Virus record (IMG/VR): IMGVR_UViG_3300009131_000001
Location: 17,814-81,813 of that record
Reading direction: 5' to 3' (one strand)
DNA length: 64,000 bases
DNA from: a virus
Taxonomy: Duplodnaviria; Heunggongvirae; Uroviricota; Caudoviricetes
Below the pieces are notes generated by a model. That model did not search any database, was not told the DNA's origin, and worked only from the letters and a program-made list of their open reading frames with translations. Numbering within the stretch: position 1 is the first letter of the stretch; every line of letters begins with the position of its first letter. Shown here piece after piece: positions 8,947-18,438 of this stretch. The translations under genes and the position numbers were made by a program.

Positions 8947-9617
8947 GTTATTTCTTTTTTATTTATTGCACATAAAAATTCATTAATATTCTTAAACATC
9001 CAAAATAATACATCTGGATTATTAATTGGATTTTTAACTTTAATTTTTCTATGCATAATACTAATATGCCTTTCAAAACTCCAGTTATCTTCCCCAATCA
9101 TTACCCAACAAATATGAGGATAATTATTAATTTCCTCAATAGTCTTTATAATAAATTTATTCCAAAGATGTAAATGGTCTAGAGGTCTATTCTTTACATA
9201 GGTTAATTCCTTGTTTAGAAGAAATACTCCTTGTTTAGACCATCTACTTAAATCCATTAAATCTAATCCACTTAGTAGATTAGTGTCATTTTCAGGATAT
9301 TCACTATTAACCTCTTTAAAAATAATCTTTAGAATTGGAGATTCCTCAATTAATTTAGAACCTGATAAGCATAATCCATCATATTCTCCATTGTAGGTAT
9401 AGTGATTGGCTATAATAACTACTTTAATATCTTTAGGTTGAGTTAATCTATAACATCTAAAGTTATCCTCACTACCTTGTTCTGGATATATTATTTTACC
9501 AGACTTTCGCTCATTTGCTATAAAAGTATTGATCTTATAGAAATCATTAGAGGTAAGGAATGGCTCTAATTTAGAATACCATTCCTCACCAAATAGTTGA
9601 ATTAGTCTATCTTTCAC
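8940..9617 (-). CDS. Uracil-DNA glycosylase (family 1) homolog with substituted catalytic motifs
   Basis: ERKSGKIIYP matches Ung ERQSGVTIYP. KVVIIANHYTYNGEYDGLCLS aligns to [22 protein letters not shown] but replaces GQDPYH. RWSKQGVFLLNKELT matches SWARQGVLLLNTVLT. IKVKNPINNP sits in place of LKAPHPSPLS, so His is lost. Confidence 0.6.
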   Translation of the reverse strand: MKDRLIQLFGEEWYSKLEPFLTSNDFYKINTFIANERKSGKIIYPEQGSEDNFRCYRLTQPKDIKVVIIANHYTYNGEYDGLCLSGSKLIEESPILKIIFKEVNSEYPENDTNLLSGLDLMDLSRWSKQGVFLLNKELTYVKNRPLDHLHLWNKFIIKTIEEINNYPHICWVMIGEDNWSFERHISIMHRKIKVKNPINNPDVLFWMFKNINEFLCAINKKEITW

Positions 9618-9827
9618 CTAATCAATTTCTTTAAAATTAGGGTCTTCCCTTTCTAAATAATATTCCCAACTACCCAAAACATCAGTAATTGTAGTTTCAG
9701 CAAATCCCTGAGATTGTAATAGCTCCCTAAAATGTCTACAATACTTGTAAATATTATTATCAGGGTCAAATTCAACTGAGTATTTCTCATTCTCAGTTTC
9801 TAATGATAGTTTTACCCTCCTACTCAT
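9618..9827 (-). CDS. hypothetical protein
   Basis: Co-oriented ORF. Confidence 0.4.
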   Translation of the reverse strand: MSRRVKLSLETENEKYSVEFDPDNNIYKYCRHFRELLQSQGFAETTITDVLGSWEYYLEREDPNFKEID

Positions 9828-10032
9828 ACTTTCCCATTTTAAACATAAAATTTAATGAATCTATTAATTCTAAAGCTTCTTTTCTATTTAAGTAGGCTAG
9901 ATTCCTTTTAGAGTTATCATCAGTTTCTATAATACTTAAGAAAATAGAATCTTCATTACTGTAGTCCTTTTGTAACTTTATTTGTTGCTCTGTATCACAA
10001 ATGCTTATTATAATATCTCTCTCATCAATCAT
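9820..10032 (-). CDS. hypothetical protein
   Basis: Co-oriented ORF. Confidence 0.4.
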   Translation of the reverse strand: MIDERDIIISICDTEQQIKLQKDYSNEDSIFLSIIETDDNSKRNLAYLNRKEALELIDSLNFMFKMGKYE

Positions 10033-10756
10033 AATCAGTTAATATTTCGTCATTAATATTAGGAATAGAATCTAACTCATTTCCTTTAGGTATTTTACAG
10101 CCTAAAAAGTTTTCAAGCTCTTCAATATAAAATGGACTTTGCATAACTACCTTATATTGAATAGAATCTACTCCATTAAAAATTCTTATTTTCTCCTTTA
10201 ATTTACTAGAAAATTTTGAATATTCCGCATTTTTAAATTTATTTATATCTTCCCAATGTTCTTTAGGAATAGTGAAAGCATAGACAACTAAATTTGGAGA
10301 TACATCTATTGTTTTGTAGTAATTAGGATATTTTGTAATTAATGATTCAAAATATCTATACTTTTCACCTCTTATAAATCTATATGTTAAATATAAAAAC
10401 TTCCCATTTAAAGACTTGTCATTATCAATTTCTAAGTAAGCATTGATAAAGTAGCTATTTAAAAATAACTTCTGCCTAGATATTCCTAGACATGGGAGTA
10501 AATATGAAGTAGTTCTATTTCTACAATAAGAAATTAATGTATAATTACCTTCAGAATTTTTATTAATCTTTCTTATCCTATACTTCACATTTACCCCATC
10601 AATCTGAATATTAATATAATCATCAGTATTCAGAGTAGTATCTCCACATTGTAAACTTGTTATGCTATTATCTTTATAATTTTCAACTATATTAAAAGGT
10701 GTGGAAATCTCTACTAATCTACTTGTCTTCTTATTTATAGTAAAGAATTCCTGCAT
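10025..10756 (-). CDS. hypothetical protein
   Basis: 243-aa ORF with overlap coupling. Confidence 0.5.
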   Translation of the reverse strand: MQEFFTINKKTSRLVEISTPFNIVENYKDNSITSLQCGDTTLNTDDYINIQIDGVNVKYRIRKINKNSEGNYTLISYCRNRTTSYLLPCLGISRQKLFLNSYFINAYLEIDNDKSLNGKFLYLTYRFIRGEKYRYFESLITKYPNYYKTIDVSPNLVVYAFTIPKEHWEDINKFKNAEYSKFSSKLKEKIRIFNGVDSIQYKVVMQSPFYIEELENFLGCKIPKGNELDSIPNINDEILTDYD

Positions 10757-10761
10757 ACAAA

Positions 10762-11778
10762 CTATCCAATTATATTTTTACCTAATTCATAGTATCTAAA
10801 CTTATGTTCCCAACTGTCATTCTGAATATGCCATTTTAATTCTATAATTAATTCAGGAATAGACGGAATCTTATTATATTTAGGATATAAAACATCCATA
10901 AAATAAGTAGTTTTTTCTGCTTCACCATCTAAAATATCCCTATCTAATACCCAATCAACTAAATCATCACATAACTCATAAACCTCTGGTTTATTTGCTC
11001 CTGTTGTATCAATAGTTACATTGATATATTTATACTCATAATCAGCATATTCAGAGTAATTCTTCTTAAACAATTCCCCATAAAAAGGAGTTTGTAGATA
11101 GTAATGATACTTCCAGAAATTAGATATAAAATTACCCGAATAAGTCTTTACATCTACAATATAGACAATCTTTTCATTCTCATCTACATCTACAATATCA
11201 GGCTTACCTTTACACTCTATTCCCCATAATTCAGCAAATAGTTCTAATTGCTTAAATTGTTTGGTAAAATTTCTAGAATCTAAGTAATATTCAGTAGTTG
11301 GTTCATAGTGTGCAGATGTAATTAGGTTTTCAGCAAATTCTAATGTGTCAGCAGATATTACAGATTTACCTTCCGCTTGAGCAGATTGCATTGTTTCAAC
11401 ATAATCAGAACATCCTTCATAGAATTTCTTAATTACAGTTTCATCTTTTAACCTAGAATCATAATTTACATTATCTCTAGCTTGTAGTATGACTATATTA
11501 CTTGGACTTGTTAGTAATGGATCTGAAGCCAATCTAACATATTCATCTGCTAATGCTAGCATCCCTCCACTAGGTTTATTCCTAACTACTGCAAACTTAT
11601 TATAAACTGGTTCATCACTAGTTAGTAGATGGTCTACAATATTTCCTAATTCAAATCCACTTGAGGATTTATCTTCACCATCTATCATAGCCTTAGCCTC
11701 TTTAGGGGAGGCTATTAGGCTAGATAGTAGCGAATAATTTACTGCTTTACTTTCTTTGTAATTTAATATTTCTCCCAT
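10762..11778 (-). CDS. PD-(D/E)xK (RecB/Cas4-like) nuclease, probable recombination exonuclease
   Basis: GKPDIVDVDENEKIVYIVDVKTYSG gives a D...D/ExK core. A QTPFYGELF Q..Y motif follows. Confidence 0.55.
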   Translation of the reverse strand: MGEILNYKESKAVNYSLLSSLIASPKEAKAMIDGEDKSSSGFELGNIVDHLLTSDEPVYNKFAVVRNKPSGGMLALADEYVRLASDPLLTSPSNIVILQARDNVNYDSRLKDETVIKKFYEGCSDYVETMQSAQAEGKSVISADTLEFAENLITSAHYEPTTEYYLDSRNFTKQFKQLELFAELWGIECKGKPDIVDVDENEKIVYIVDVKTYSGNFISNFWKYHYYLQTPFYGELFKKNYSEYADYEYKYINVTIDTTGANKPEVYELCDDLVDWVLDRDILDGEAEKTTYFMDVLYPKYNKIPSIPELIIELKWHIQNDSWEHKFRYYELGKNIIG

Positions 11779-12332
11779 GGTTGTATTGCTGTATGTAATC
11801 CTAATGTACCCCCCTTATAAAATGTTAGAGGGTTTGATATATAATTATGCATTGCCAATCTTTTTAGAAATTTAGTGCCTATCAAAGAACTTATAGAATT
11901 TCTAATAGTTTTCTCAGTACAATTTAAAAATTTAGCACATTCTTGAATTTGTAAGGAACTAAAAATTATAATTTTAGATTTAGGTTCTTGAAATTCTACC
12001 ATATACATAAATACTTGTAAATCTCTAAGGCTGCTGAATTCAGTCAACCATTCCAATCCTTCAGTTGAATGTACCATAATAAAAGTTTCTTTTTTATCTT
12101 TTTCCCAACTTCTATTATGAATTTCCGAATGACATTTATAACATAGAGTTATTAACAAACTATTATCATATTCCCAAGCATTTCTGCCCTTTATATATTT
12201 AATATGATGTATATTTAATTTATCAATACTTCCACACCTTGTACATTTATAGGAATCTCTTTCTAAAATAGATTGCCTTTTACTTTTCCATTCTTTAGTC
12301 AATAATTGTTTTCTATATTCTTCTTTATTCAT
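11763..12332 (-). CDS. HNH endonuclease
   Basis: CTRCGSIDKLNIHHIKYI...NSLLITLCYKCHSEIH is a classic HNH C..C...HH...N...C..CH motif. Confidence 0.7.
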   Translation of the reverse strand: MNKEEYRKQLLTKEWKSKRQSILERDSYKCTRCGSIDKLNIHHIKYIKGRNAWEYDNSLLITLCYKCHSEIHNRSWEKDKKETFIMVHSTEGLEWLTEFSSLRDLQVFMYMVEFQEPKSKIIIFSSLQIQECAKFLNCTEKTIRNSISSLIGTKFLKRLAMHNYISNPLTFYKGGTLGLHTAIQPWEKY

Positions 12333-12370
12333 TATTGCATAATTTATTTTATTTATAAAATATTTTTATA

Positions 12371-12886
12371 TTAATTATTGCTAGACTCACTTTCAAACTC
12401 TATGTTCAAAGTTAATTTACCCCCTTCTTTTAAAAGTTGTTCTCTAGTTTTTAAATCTCCTTTCCAGAAATAGCAAGGATTTATAGTATAATCTCTTTTT
12501 TTATCTGTAATGAAATTATTTTTCTTTAGTCTACTAATAGAATTGGCTAGGGTATTGTAAGTAATACCTAATATTTCACATATTTCATCTCTTCTATTAG
12601 TGGACATACTCACTTTCCCAGTATTAAATTCTGCCATATTACATAGCACATATAAAACTTTTAAATCTACAATACTTTTCAACCCTATAATATCTTTCAA
12701 TAAAGTAAGAAAAGTAAAGTAAAATTCATCAGATTTTGTCTTAACAGAAAACGTTTTAGAGATAGTATTAGAAATAACTTCTCCAGTTTCCTTATCTACA
12801 ATTTCAGTAGTAGTTTCATTTTTTAACCTCATGTCTGTACTTATTAATTTTAATACAAACATATTAAAATTATCTGACACTTCCAA
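12371..12886 (-). CDS. putative winged-helix DNA-binding regulator (paralog of 40721..41200)
   Basis: Shares D(K/P)ETGEVIS...F...K and a wHTH-like ICEILGITYNTLANSISRLKKNNFI with the plus-strand ORF at 40721. Confidence 0.5.
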   Translation of the reverse strand: MEVSDNFNMFVLKLISTDMRLKNETTTEIVDKETGEVISNTISKTFSVKTKSDEFYFTFLTLLKDIIGLKSIVDLKVLYVLCNMAEFNTGKVSMSTNRRDEICEILGITYNTLANSISRLKKNNFITDKKRDYTINPCYFWKGDLKTREQLLKEGGKLTLNIEFESESSNN

Positions 12887-13029
12887 ATATATTTAATATT
12901 TTTTGATTAAAAAATTTAACTCCATAATTAAAAAGAGTAACTACAGAGTTAAATTTACTCATTGTCGAATTAAAATTAATAGTTGTAATTAACTGTAATT
13001 CAGTATAATATATGATGCTTCTTCTTATC

Positions 13030-13452
13030 TTATATATTTTCTTTATAATCAGTATCATCTTCATCTATAGAATCTTTTATATCATCAAAAAATTCTTCAA
13101 TTTCATTTTTTAAATCATAAAAGTTACTTCTAACATTTTCCGATGCTAATAAAGATGCTAGTATTTCGCTATTTAGATTTTTGAGAGAATACCCCAATTC
13201 ATCTGCTAATCCTAAAGATTCTGTAAGAGATGGGTCATTTTCTTGAAGATATTGAATAGCATTAGAGTAGTAAATAATTTCAACATTATATCCATCATTA
13301 TCTGCAATCATATCAGAAATAGATTCAAAAGGATTATCTAAATCTATACTATCAATATCTACATAATCATTTAGTTCAATACCGCATCTTTTAGATATAT
13401 CTTTAAGAAATAAGAATATTTTATCATAAATTATTGGATTCATATTTACCAA
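13030..13452 (-). CDS. highly acidic protein (candidate DNA mimic)
   Basis: 140 aa, rich in D/E (for example DIDSIDLDNPFESISDMIADNDGYN and the EEFFDDIKDSIDEDDTDYKENI tail). Confidence 0.5.
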   Translation of the reverse strand: MVNMNPIIYDKIFLFLKDISKRCGIELNDYVDIDSIDLDNPFESISDMIADNDGYNVEIIYYSNAIQYLQENDPSLTESLGLADELGYSLKNLNSEILASLLASENVRSNFYDLKNEIEEFFDDIKDSIDEDDTDYKENI

Positions 13453-14489
13453 TTTAGATTATTATCTTTTACAAACTTCTCAATCTCAATATCTCTTATA
13501 TCATGACATCCTGCCAAAATATAATAATAAACTCGTTGAGTTTGTAAATTTAGTTTTTTATAGATTCTTTGAACTTTATAATTACCAATATTTATAGGGC
13601 AACCGCTAGATTCCCATTCAGTATCAGTATCTACACACTCTCTAAACTTCTTGTATAATAACTCACAGTGGGATAGTGGAACTAAAACTCCTCTACTAGT
13701 TTCTACTGTATTTTGTTTTAACCTTAAATAAATAGGTACATTATATAAACAACCATTATATTCAAATGCTAACCACTTATCAATAAGTTCTTTTTCTTTT
13801 TGAGCTTTTAATTCTTGTGCTTTAAATCTGGCAAGTCTCAAAGATTCCACATCTTGTTGATACTTCTCTTCTACAAGAGTCTTTAAAGTTGAATCTGTAA
13901 AATACTTTAATTTCTTTTCATAACTCCCCTTAAATTTATTATTTGCTGCCCAATTTTTTACTTCAAACTTTAAATTATCTTCCTCAATCCATCTATATTT
14001 TTCATACTTTTCTAAGTATTCAGGAAGTAATTCTTCACATTGCATAGTACTACAAAAACTAGTAGCAGAATTTATTACAGACTGAAAATGTTTAGGATTG
14101 CCAAAATAGGAAATTCCATTATTCAAAGAGTTTTTATTTGCAGCAAGAGTTTCTACATATTCATCTAAATATGATCTTTTATCTGGAAAATTATGCCAAT
14201 TATTCCAATAAAATACTGACCAATCATTTGGAACAGCTCTACTAACATGTAATTGGTGTTTAGATGTTGAACTGCTATAAGAACCACTTCTGAATAGAAG
14301 TATTTTATTTTCAAAATCTGCTATTCCTATTACAGAGGAATAAGAATATATTTTATTATCCTGAAATTTAAAATTACTTCCATACCCATCACTTATCCCA
14401 AATTCATCCTGATGAAAAAATGCATGAGCAAGTTCCTTATTATTAAAACAATGTTTTGCCATATTACTACATATATAAAGACCTCTCAA
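13446..14489 (-). CDS. hypothetical protein
   Basis: 347-aa ORF (possible start at internal MAKH). No recognisable motif. Confidence 0.5.
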   Translation of the reverse strand: MRGLYICSNMAKHCFNNKELAHAFFHQDEFGISDGYGSNFKFQDNKIYSYSSVIGIADFENKILLFRSGSYSSSTSKHQLHVSRAVPNDWSVFYWNNWHNFPDKRSYLDEYVETLAANKNSLNNGISYFGNPKHFQSVINSATSFCSTMQCEELLPEYLEKYEKYRWIEEDNLKFEVKNWAANNKFKGSYEKKLKYFTDSTLKTLVEEKYQQDVESLRLARFKAQELKAQKEKELIDKWLAFEYNGCLYNVPIYLRLKQNTVETSRGVLVPLSHCELLYKKFRECVDTDTEWESSGCPINIGNYKVQRIYKKLNLQTQRVYYYILAGCHDIRDIEIEKFVKDNNLNW

Positions 14490-14965
14490 TTAAGAGAGGT
14501 CTTATTAATAATATTTTTTATTAGTTTAATTGCTTCATCTATTTGATACTGGTTGTGAGGTTCAAATATAAACCACTCATTACCAGTAGTTTCCAAATAC
14601 TCTCTAAACATTTTCATCTTAAGAGAATATGTAGATGATTTAATTCCTTTTGTTTCTATAATCCACTTATCTCCTACAAAATCGGGAGTATAAGTAGTAT
14701 TTGTTAATTTTGTTGTATTTAATTTTAACCCCTTAGTATTCTTATCAGGGTCATAGAATTTAACTAGATTTGGCTTATTGCCTATCAAAAGAATAAATGC
14801 TCTAGGTTCATACTTGAATTGCAGACTACTTTCTTTTAATTTCTTATAGCAATATAACTCCAATCTACTTTTAAAATCTATTCCACCATAAGATACTTTC
14901 TTAGCATTCTTAACCTTCTTATTTTCAGTATTATTTTTCTTTTGGAATTTCTTTATTTTCTTCAT
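14486..14965 (-). CDS. T7 endonuclease I-like Holliday junction resolvase
   Basis: FKSRLELYCYKKLKESSLQFKYEP...TTYTPDFVGDKWIIETKG parallels T7 gp3 FRSGLEDKVSKQLESKGIKFEYE...HTYTPDFLLPNGIFVETKG. Confidence 0.7.
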   Translation of the reverse strand: MKKIKKFQKKNNTENKKVKNAKKVSYGGIDFKSRLELYCYKKLKESSLQFKYEPRAFILLIGNKPNLVKFYDPDKNTKGLKLNTTKLTNTTYTPDFVGDKWIIETKGIKSSTYSLKMKMFREYLETTGNEWFIFEPHNQYQIDEAIKLIKNIINKTSLN

Positions 14966-15161
14966 TCATTCCTAATAAATATTTCTCAGCATATACATGC
15001 CAATTTGTCATATCTTCTTTAAGAAAAGCCATTGATAAAAGAACTATAGTAGTTCTAAAGGCTTCTTTAGATTTAGTACAGAACTCTTCCTTATCTAAAA
15101 GTGCATTACATTGATTATCGTTATAAACTCTAAAATACTCATCAAATATTTCTTGTGTCAT
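14931..15161 (-). CDS. hypothetical protein
   Basis: Co-oriented ORF. Confidence 0.35.
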   Translation of the reverse strand: MTQEIFDEYFRVYNDNQCNALLDKEEFCTKSKEAFRTTIVLLSMAFLKEDMTNWHVYAEKYLLGMNEENKEIPKEK

Positions 15162-15162
15162 A

Positions 15163-15579
15163 TTATTCTACAATTAGATTATATTCTTTCTTAATACTAT
15201 CAATAATCTCTTGTAAATTTTCACACTCGATTTGTGCAATAATAATTTTATTTTTAATACTTTCTAACGATGGGTATTTTAAATTGCATCCCTCTTCTAC
15301 TTCTTTGGTATATTGCTTATAACATTGACTGATAAAAGAGGGAATTCTTTCACTTCTATCAAGCCATCCTGACATATTAAATTTATAAATATCTTTAAAG
15401 CTATTTATTAAGGAATCTATCTTTATAAATTCTTTATATTTAGTGGTTTTTTTAAATTCTTTTTCCCAAACTTCTTTACATTTTGTGCCTGCTTTAATAG
15501 TGTCTACATTACTGTTTACAATTTCACTTTGAATTTTACCCGCAATAGCATTAATTTCTTGATTATTTAACTTTTTCAT
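15163..15579 (-). CDS. hypothetical protein
   Basis: 138-aa ORF. Confidence 0.45.
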   Translation of the reverse strand: MKKLNNQEINAIAGKIQSEIVNSNVDTIKAGTKCKEVWEKEFKKTTKYKEFIKIDSLINSFKDIYKFNMSGWLDRSERIPSFISQCYKQYTKEVEEGCNLKYPSLESIKNKIIIAQIECENLQEIIDSIKKEYNLIVE

Positions 15580-16579
15580 TTAATTGTTCTATTAATTGTT
15601 CGTAAAACTGCTTAATCCCATACTTACAAGAGTAGTCAAATGGGTCTTTTTCATTAATAGTTGGATTATACATATACTCAAGCCCATATAGTTCACTAAA
15701 ATGTTTAGCATTAACTATTCCTGGGTTATCAGAATCATAGTATAATATAATTCTTTTCCACCTACTTCTCATTTTATCTAGCCATTGAGATGGGCATATT
15801 GAAGTTTCTGTGTTCGGCGCAACGCCATGTATAATTTTATCTTTAACCCAACCATTAATATTAATTCTCCAAAAGACTCCTGCATCCTTTTTACTGCTAG
15901 TTATAAATAAAATATCCCCATACTTAGGCATTACATCTATAAGTTGAACCGTAGTATCATCTACATTAGATACCCATTTTAACTTAGATTTTGGTTGATA
16001 TATTTTCCTTCTAAATACTCCATTATGAAAGTAGTAATCATAAGAATAGGCTAATTTACTAGCCTTAATACATCTTCTACCTTTATCATTATCTATCCAA
16101 AAATACTCTATTGGAATAGTTTTAGCCTTAACTAGCATTTCCTTACTCCATATCTCAGGATTCCAGAATTCTAAATCATACTTACTAAAATCTCTAGCCT
16201 TTATATCCAGTATGGTAGGAGTTTTATCAACTCTTTCAGACTTAATTCTCTCCTTTAGGGTATACTGATATATTTTAGATTTAGAAAATTCTATGGAATC
16301 ATTTGCTACAATTTCTATAGCATCCTGTAATGAAATAGAAAACTTCTTTTGAAGATAATCTAGTATATCAAGGCTTCCTTCATTCTCCCCAAAATCTTTG
16401 TATTTAAGCCCTGTATTTGTAGGATTTATTACACATGAAGGATTACTATCACTTCTAAACTCTGATTTAAAAAAAGCCCCAACCTGATTAAAGTTGGGGC
16501 AATATTTTCTAAATAAATCTTCATGGGATACAGAGTCCAGAACTTCTTGTAAGTTGTAGATTCTTCTTCCCTTAATCAT
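15563..16579 (-). CDS. DNA primase (TOPRIM domain)
   Basis: YYDSDNPG DxD TOPRIM motif; ILFITSSKKDAG; N-terminal Cys/His-containing region. Confidence 0.55.
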   Translation of the reverse strand: MIKGRRIYNLQEVLDSVSHEDLFRKYCPNFNQVGAFFKSEFRSDSNPSCVINPTNTGLKYKDFGENEGSLDILDYLQKKFSISLQDAIEIVANDSIEFSKSKIYQYTLKERIKSERVDKTPTILDIKARDFSKYDLEFWNPEIWSKEMLVKAKTIPIEYFWIDNDKGRRCIKASKLAYSYDYYFHNGVFRRKIYQPKSKLKWVSNVDDTTVQLIDVMPKYGDILFITSSKKDAGVFWRININGWVKDKIIHGVAPNTETSICPSQWLDKMRSRWKRIILYYDSDNPGIVNAKHFSELYGLEYMYNPTINEKDPFDYSCKYGIKQFYEQLIEQLNEKVK

Positions 16580-16583
16580 ATCT

Positions 16584-17405
16584 TTAGAATGCTAGATCAT
16601 CAGCAGGAGCACTAATAGTAGATTCATATCCACCATTATTAGTATCTGGAGTTACAGGCTTGTGATTATATACTTGAAATTCATAAGTCCAAGTATCTTT
16701 GATTGGATATCCAGACTTTTCTTTATTAGAGATAAATCTCTCAAATGCCTTATAATCATCATCCCTCTTAAATCCCCTATCAAATACATTAGAATCTACA
16801 GTTTGATATTGCTTATCTCCAGCATCACGTACTTTATACAGTGCTTTAAATATATTATCCTTATACATAGATAGGATATCCTTAAGCTCCTTAACATTTC
16901 CTTTAGAGATAATATCATTAAGAGTATCAAGAGATACTTCATCACCAGGCTTTACATTAACCCAATTGATAAGTAGATTGATAAGACCTACTTCACCTAC
17001 CTTGGCAATTCTAGCACCTTTCTCAGAGAACCATTTCTCCCCTTTAGCATTAGTCCTATTAATTGCTGCATCAACAGATTCACTCCAAGTAGATTGTCCT
17101 AAATTATTAATAATCTCATATTTATCACCATTTTTATTAACCCTACCCTTATTTTCTAGGAATAGTGTGATATTAGTTTTCAAATCTTCCTTATCAGGAT
17201 TTTGAATGAAAAATTGAAGTTTCAACTTTTGTACTCCATTTTCATCTGTAGTTAGATACTCAGGTTCATTAGTAAAATTAAATCCAAGCTTATTAAGTTC
17301 TTCAAGGTTAGGATTAACCGCTAATACCTTAGCCTTACCTACACCTGTATAAAGATTAAATACTTTTTGAGTTTCTACACTTGAATTATTTCCTGCAATT
17401 GCCAT
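16584..17405 (-). CDS. ssDNA-binding protein, T7 gp2.5-like
   Basis: Sits beside the primase. The C-terminal acidic tail ends in Phe (ISAPADDLAF), like gp2.5. Confidence 0.45.
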   Translation of the reverse strand: MAIAGNNSSVETQKVFNLYTGVGKAKVLAVNPNLEELNKLGFNFTNEPEYLTTDENGVQKLKLQFFIQNPDKEDLKTNITLFLENKGRVNKNGDKYEIINNLGQSTWSESVDAAINRTNAKGEKWFSEKGARIAKVGEVGLINLLINWVNVKPGDEVSLDTLNDIISKGNVKELKDILSMYKDNIFKALYKVRDAGDKQYQTVDSNVFDRGFKRDDDYKAFERFISNKEKSGYPIKDTWTYEFQVYNHKPVTPDTNNGGYESTISAPADDLAF

Positions 17406-17440
17406 AATTATATAAAATTTAATTGTTTTAGTTTAAAATA

Positions 17441-17468
17441 AAACTAGTTGTTAGGTACAACTAGCAAA
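17441..17468 (-). terminator. rho-independent terminator (minus strand)
   Basis: Stem ctagttgt/acaactag with a 5-nt loop, followed on the minus strand by TTTTATTTT. Lies between the small ORF and the SSB gene. Confidence 0.5.
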
Positions 17469-17490
17469 ACCTTATAAATAAAAATATAGA

Positions 17491-17655
17491 TTATTCCTTA
17501 TCTTTAGACATGTCTTCCATAGCAAGTGAGCATGCCTCTGCTAACATGCTTGTAATTTCATCTTTAGTAAAAGATTCTTTTTCAGAATTTTTCATAAGTT
17601 CGTCCATCTTACCTGAAAGTAAAAGACCAATCATCATAACCATTACTTCTTTCAT
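17491..17655 (-). CDS. small hydrophobic peptide (54 aa)
   Basis: Hand translation gives MKEVMVMMIGLLLSGKMDELMKNSEKESFTKDEITSMLAEACSLAMEDMSKDKE. It is flanked by two minus-strand terminators. Confidence 0.3.
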   Translation of the reverse strand: MKEVMVMMIGLLLSGKMDELMKNSEKESFTKDEITSMLAEACSLAMEDMSKDKE

Positions 17656-17669
17656 AATATAAAATTTAA

Positions 17670-17712
17670 ATACGCAAAAATAAAAATACCAGTTTCTTCT
17701 TTCATCTAAACT
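17670..17712 (-). terminator. rho-independent terminator (minus strand)
   Basis: taccagttt/aaactggta 9-bp stem with a 12-nt loop, then TTTTTATTTTT on the minus strand. Confidence 0.45.
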
Positions 17713-17923
17713 GGTAAAGGATGGATTAGGATTAGTTGCGCATACTACCTAATGTGTCAAGTTTCATACTCTGAGTTGCCCCGTTTGTGAGTAGAGGATT
17801 TACTTACTCAATGTTTTATTTACCACTCTTCAATCTCTCTAATCATAGTAGTTTGATTTTATCTTACAAATATACTATAAAATATATTTATAGAATGGTA
17901 TTCTTAGAGAATTTAACTCTTCA

Positions 17924-18205
17924 CTAGATACTCTCTGTAAGTTCAAATGTGGAATTTTCTTCTTGTTGAATTTCTTCCTCAACAGATTCTTCAACAAATT
18001 CAAACAAACTCTTCTTCTTAGGTTTAATACCCTTAATTCCAAGTTGTTTTTTCAAAGCTGCTACATTAAGACCTGTTAACTTTTCCTTATCATCAGCATT
18101 GTAATCCTCATTAAGTCTAGTAGCAATCTCATCATTCTTTAGACCTAGAGTTTGTACATAGTAAGTAATCTTGTCTTTAAGTTCTGTCTTTGTAATTTTA
18201 ATCAT
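17924..18205 (-). CDS. hypothetical protein with acidic C-terminus
   Basis: C-terminus is FEFVEESVEEEIQQEENSTFELTESI. Confidence 0.45.
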   Translation of the reverse strand: MIKITKTELKDKITYYVQTLGLKNDEIATRLNEDYNADDKEKLTGLNVAALKKQLGIKGIKPKKKSLFEFVEESVEEEIQQEENSTFELTESI

Positions 18206-18227
18206 TTGTTTAATCTTTTAAATTGTT

Positions 18228-18437
18228 TTATAGTACATCAATAACATCAAATCCCAACATATCTCCTAATTGACATTCCCAATCATCCAAATCAACTTCA
18301 TCTGATTGTAATTCTTTTAGAGAAATCAATGCGGCTAACATTCTATGTAATTCAGGATTATTCTTAACTGAATTTTCTAATTCTTCTTCAGATACTTCAT
18401 TATATCTGTTAATTAAATCTTTACAATATATATTCAT
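18228..18437 (-). CDS. hypothetical protein
   Basis: Co-oriented ORF. Confidence 0.4.
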   Translation of the reverse strand: MNIYCKDLINRYNEVSEEELENSVKNNPELHRMLAALISLKELQSDEVDLDDWECQLGDMLGFDVIDVL

Positions 18438-18438
18438 A

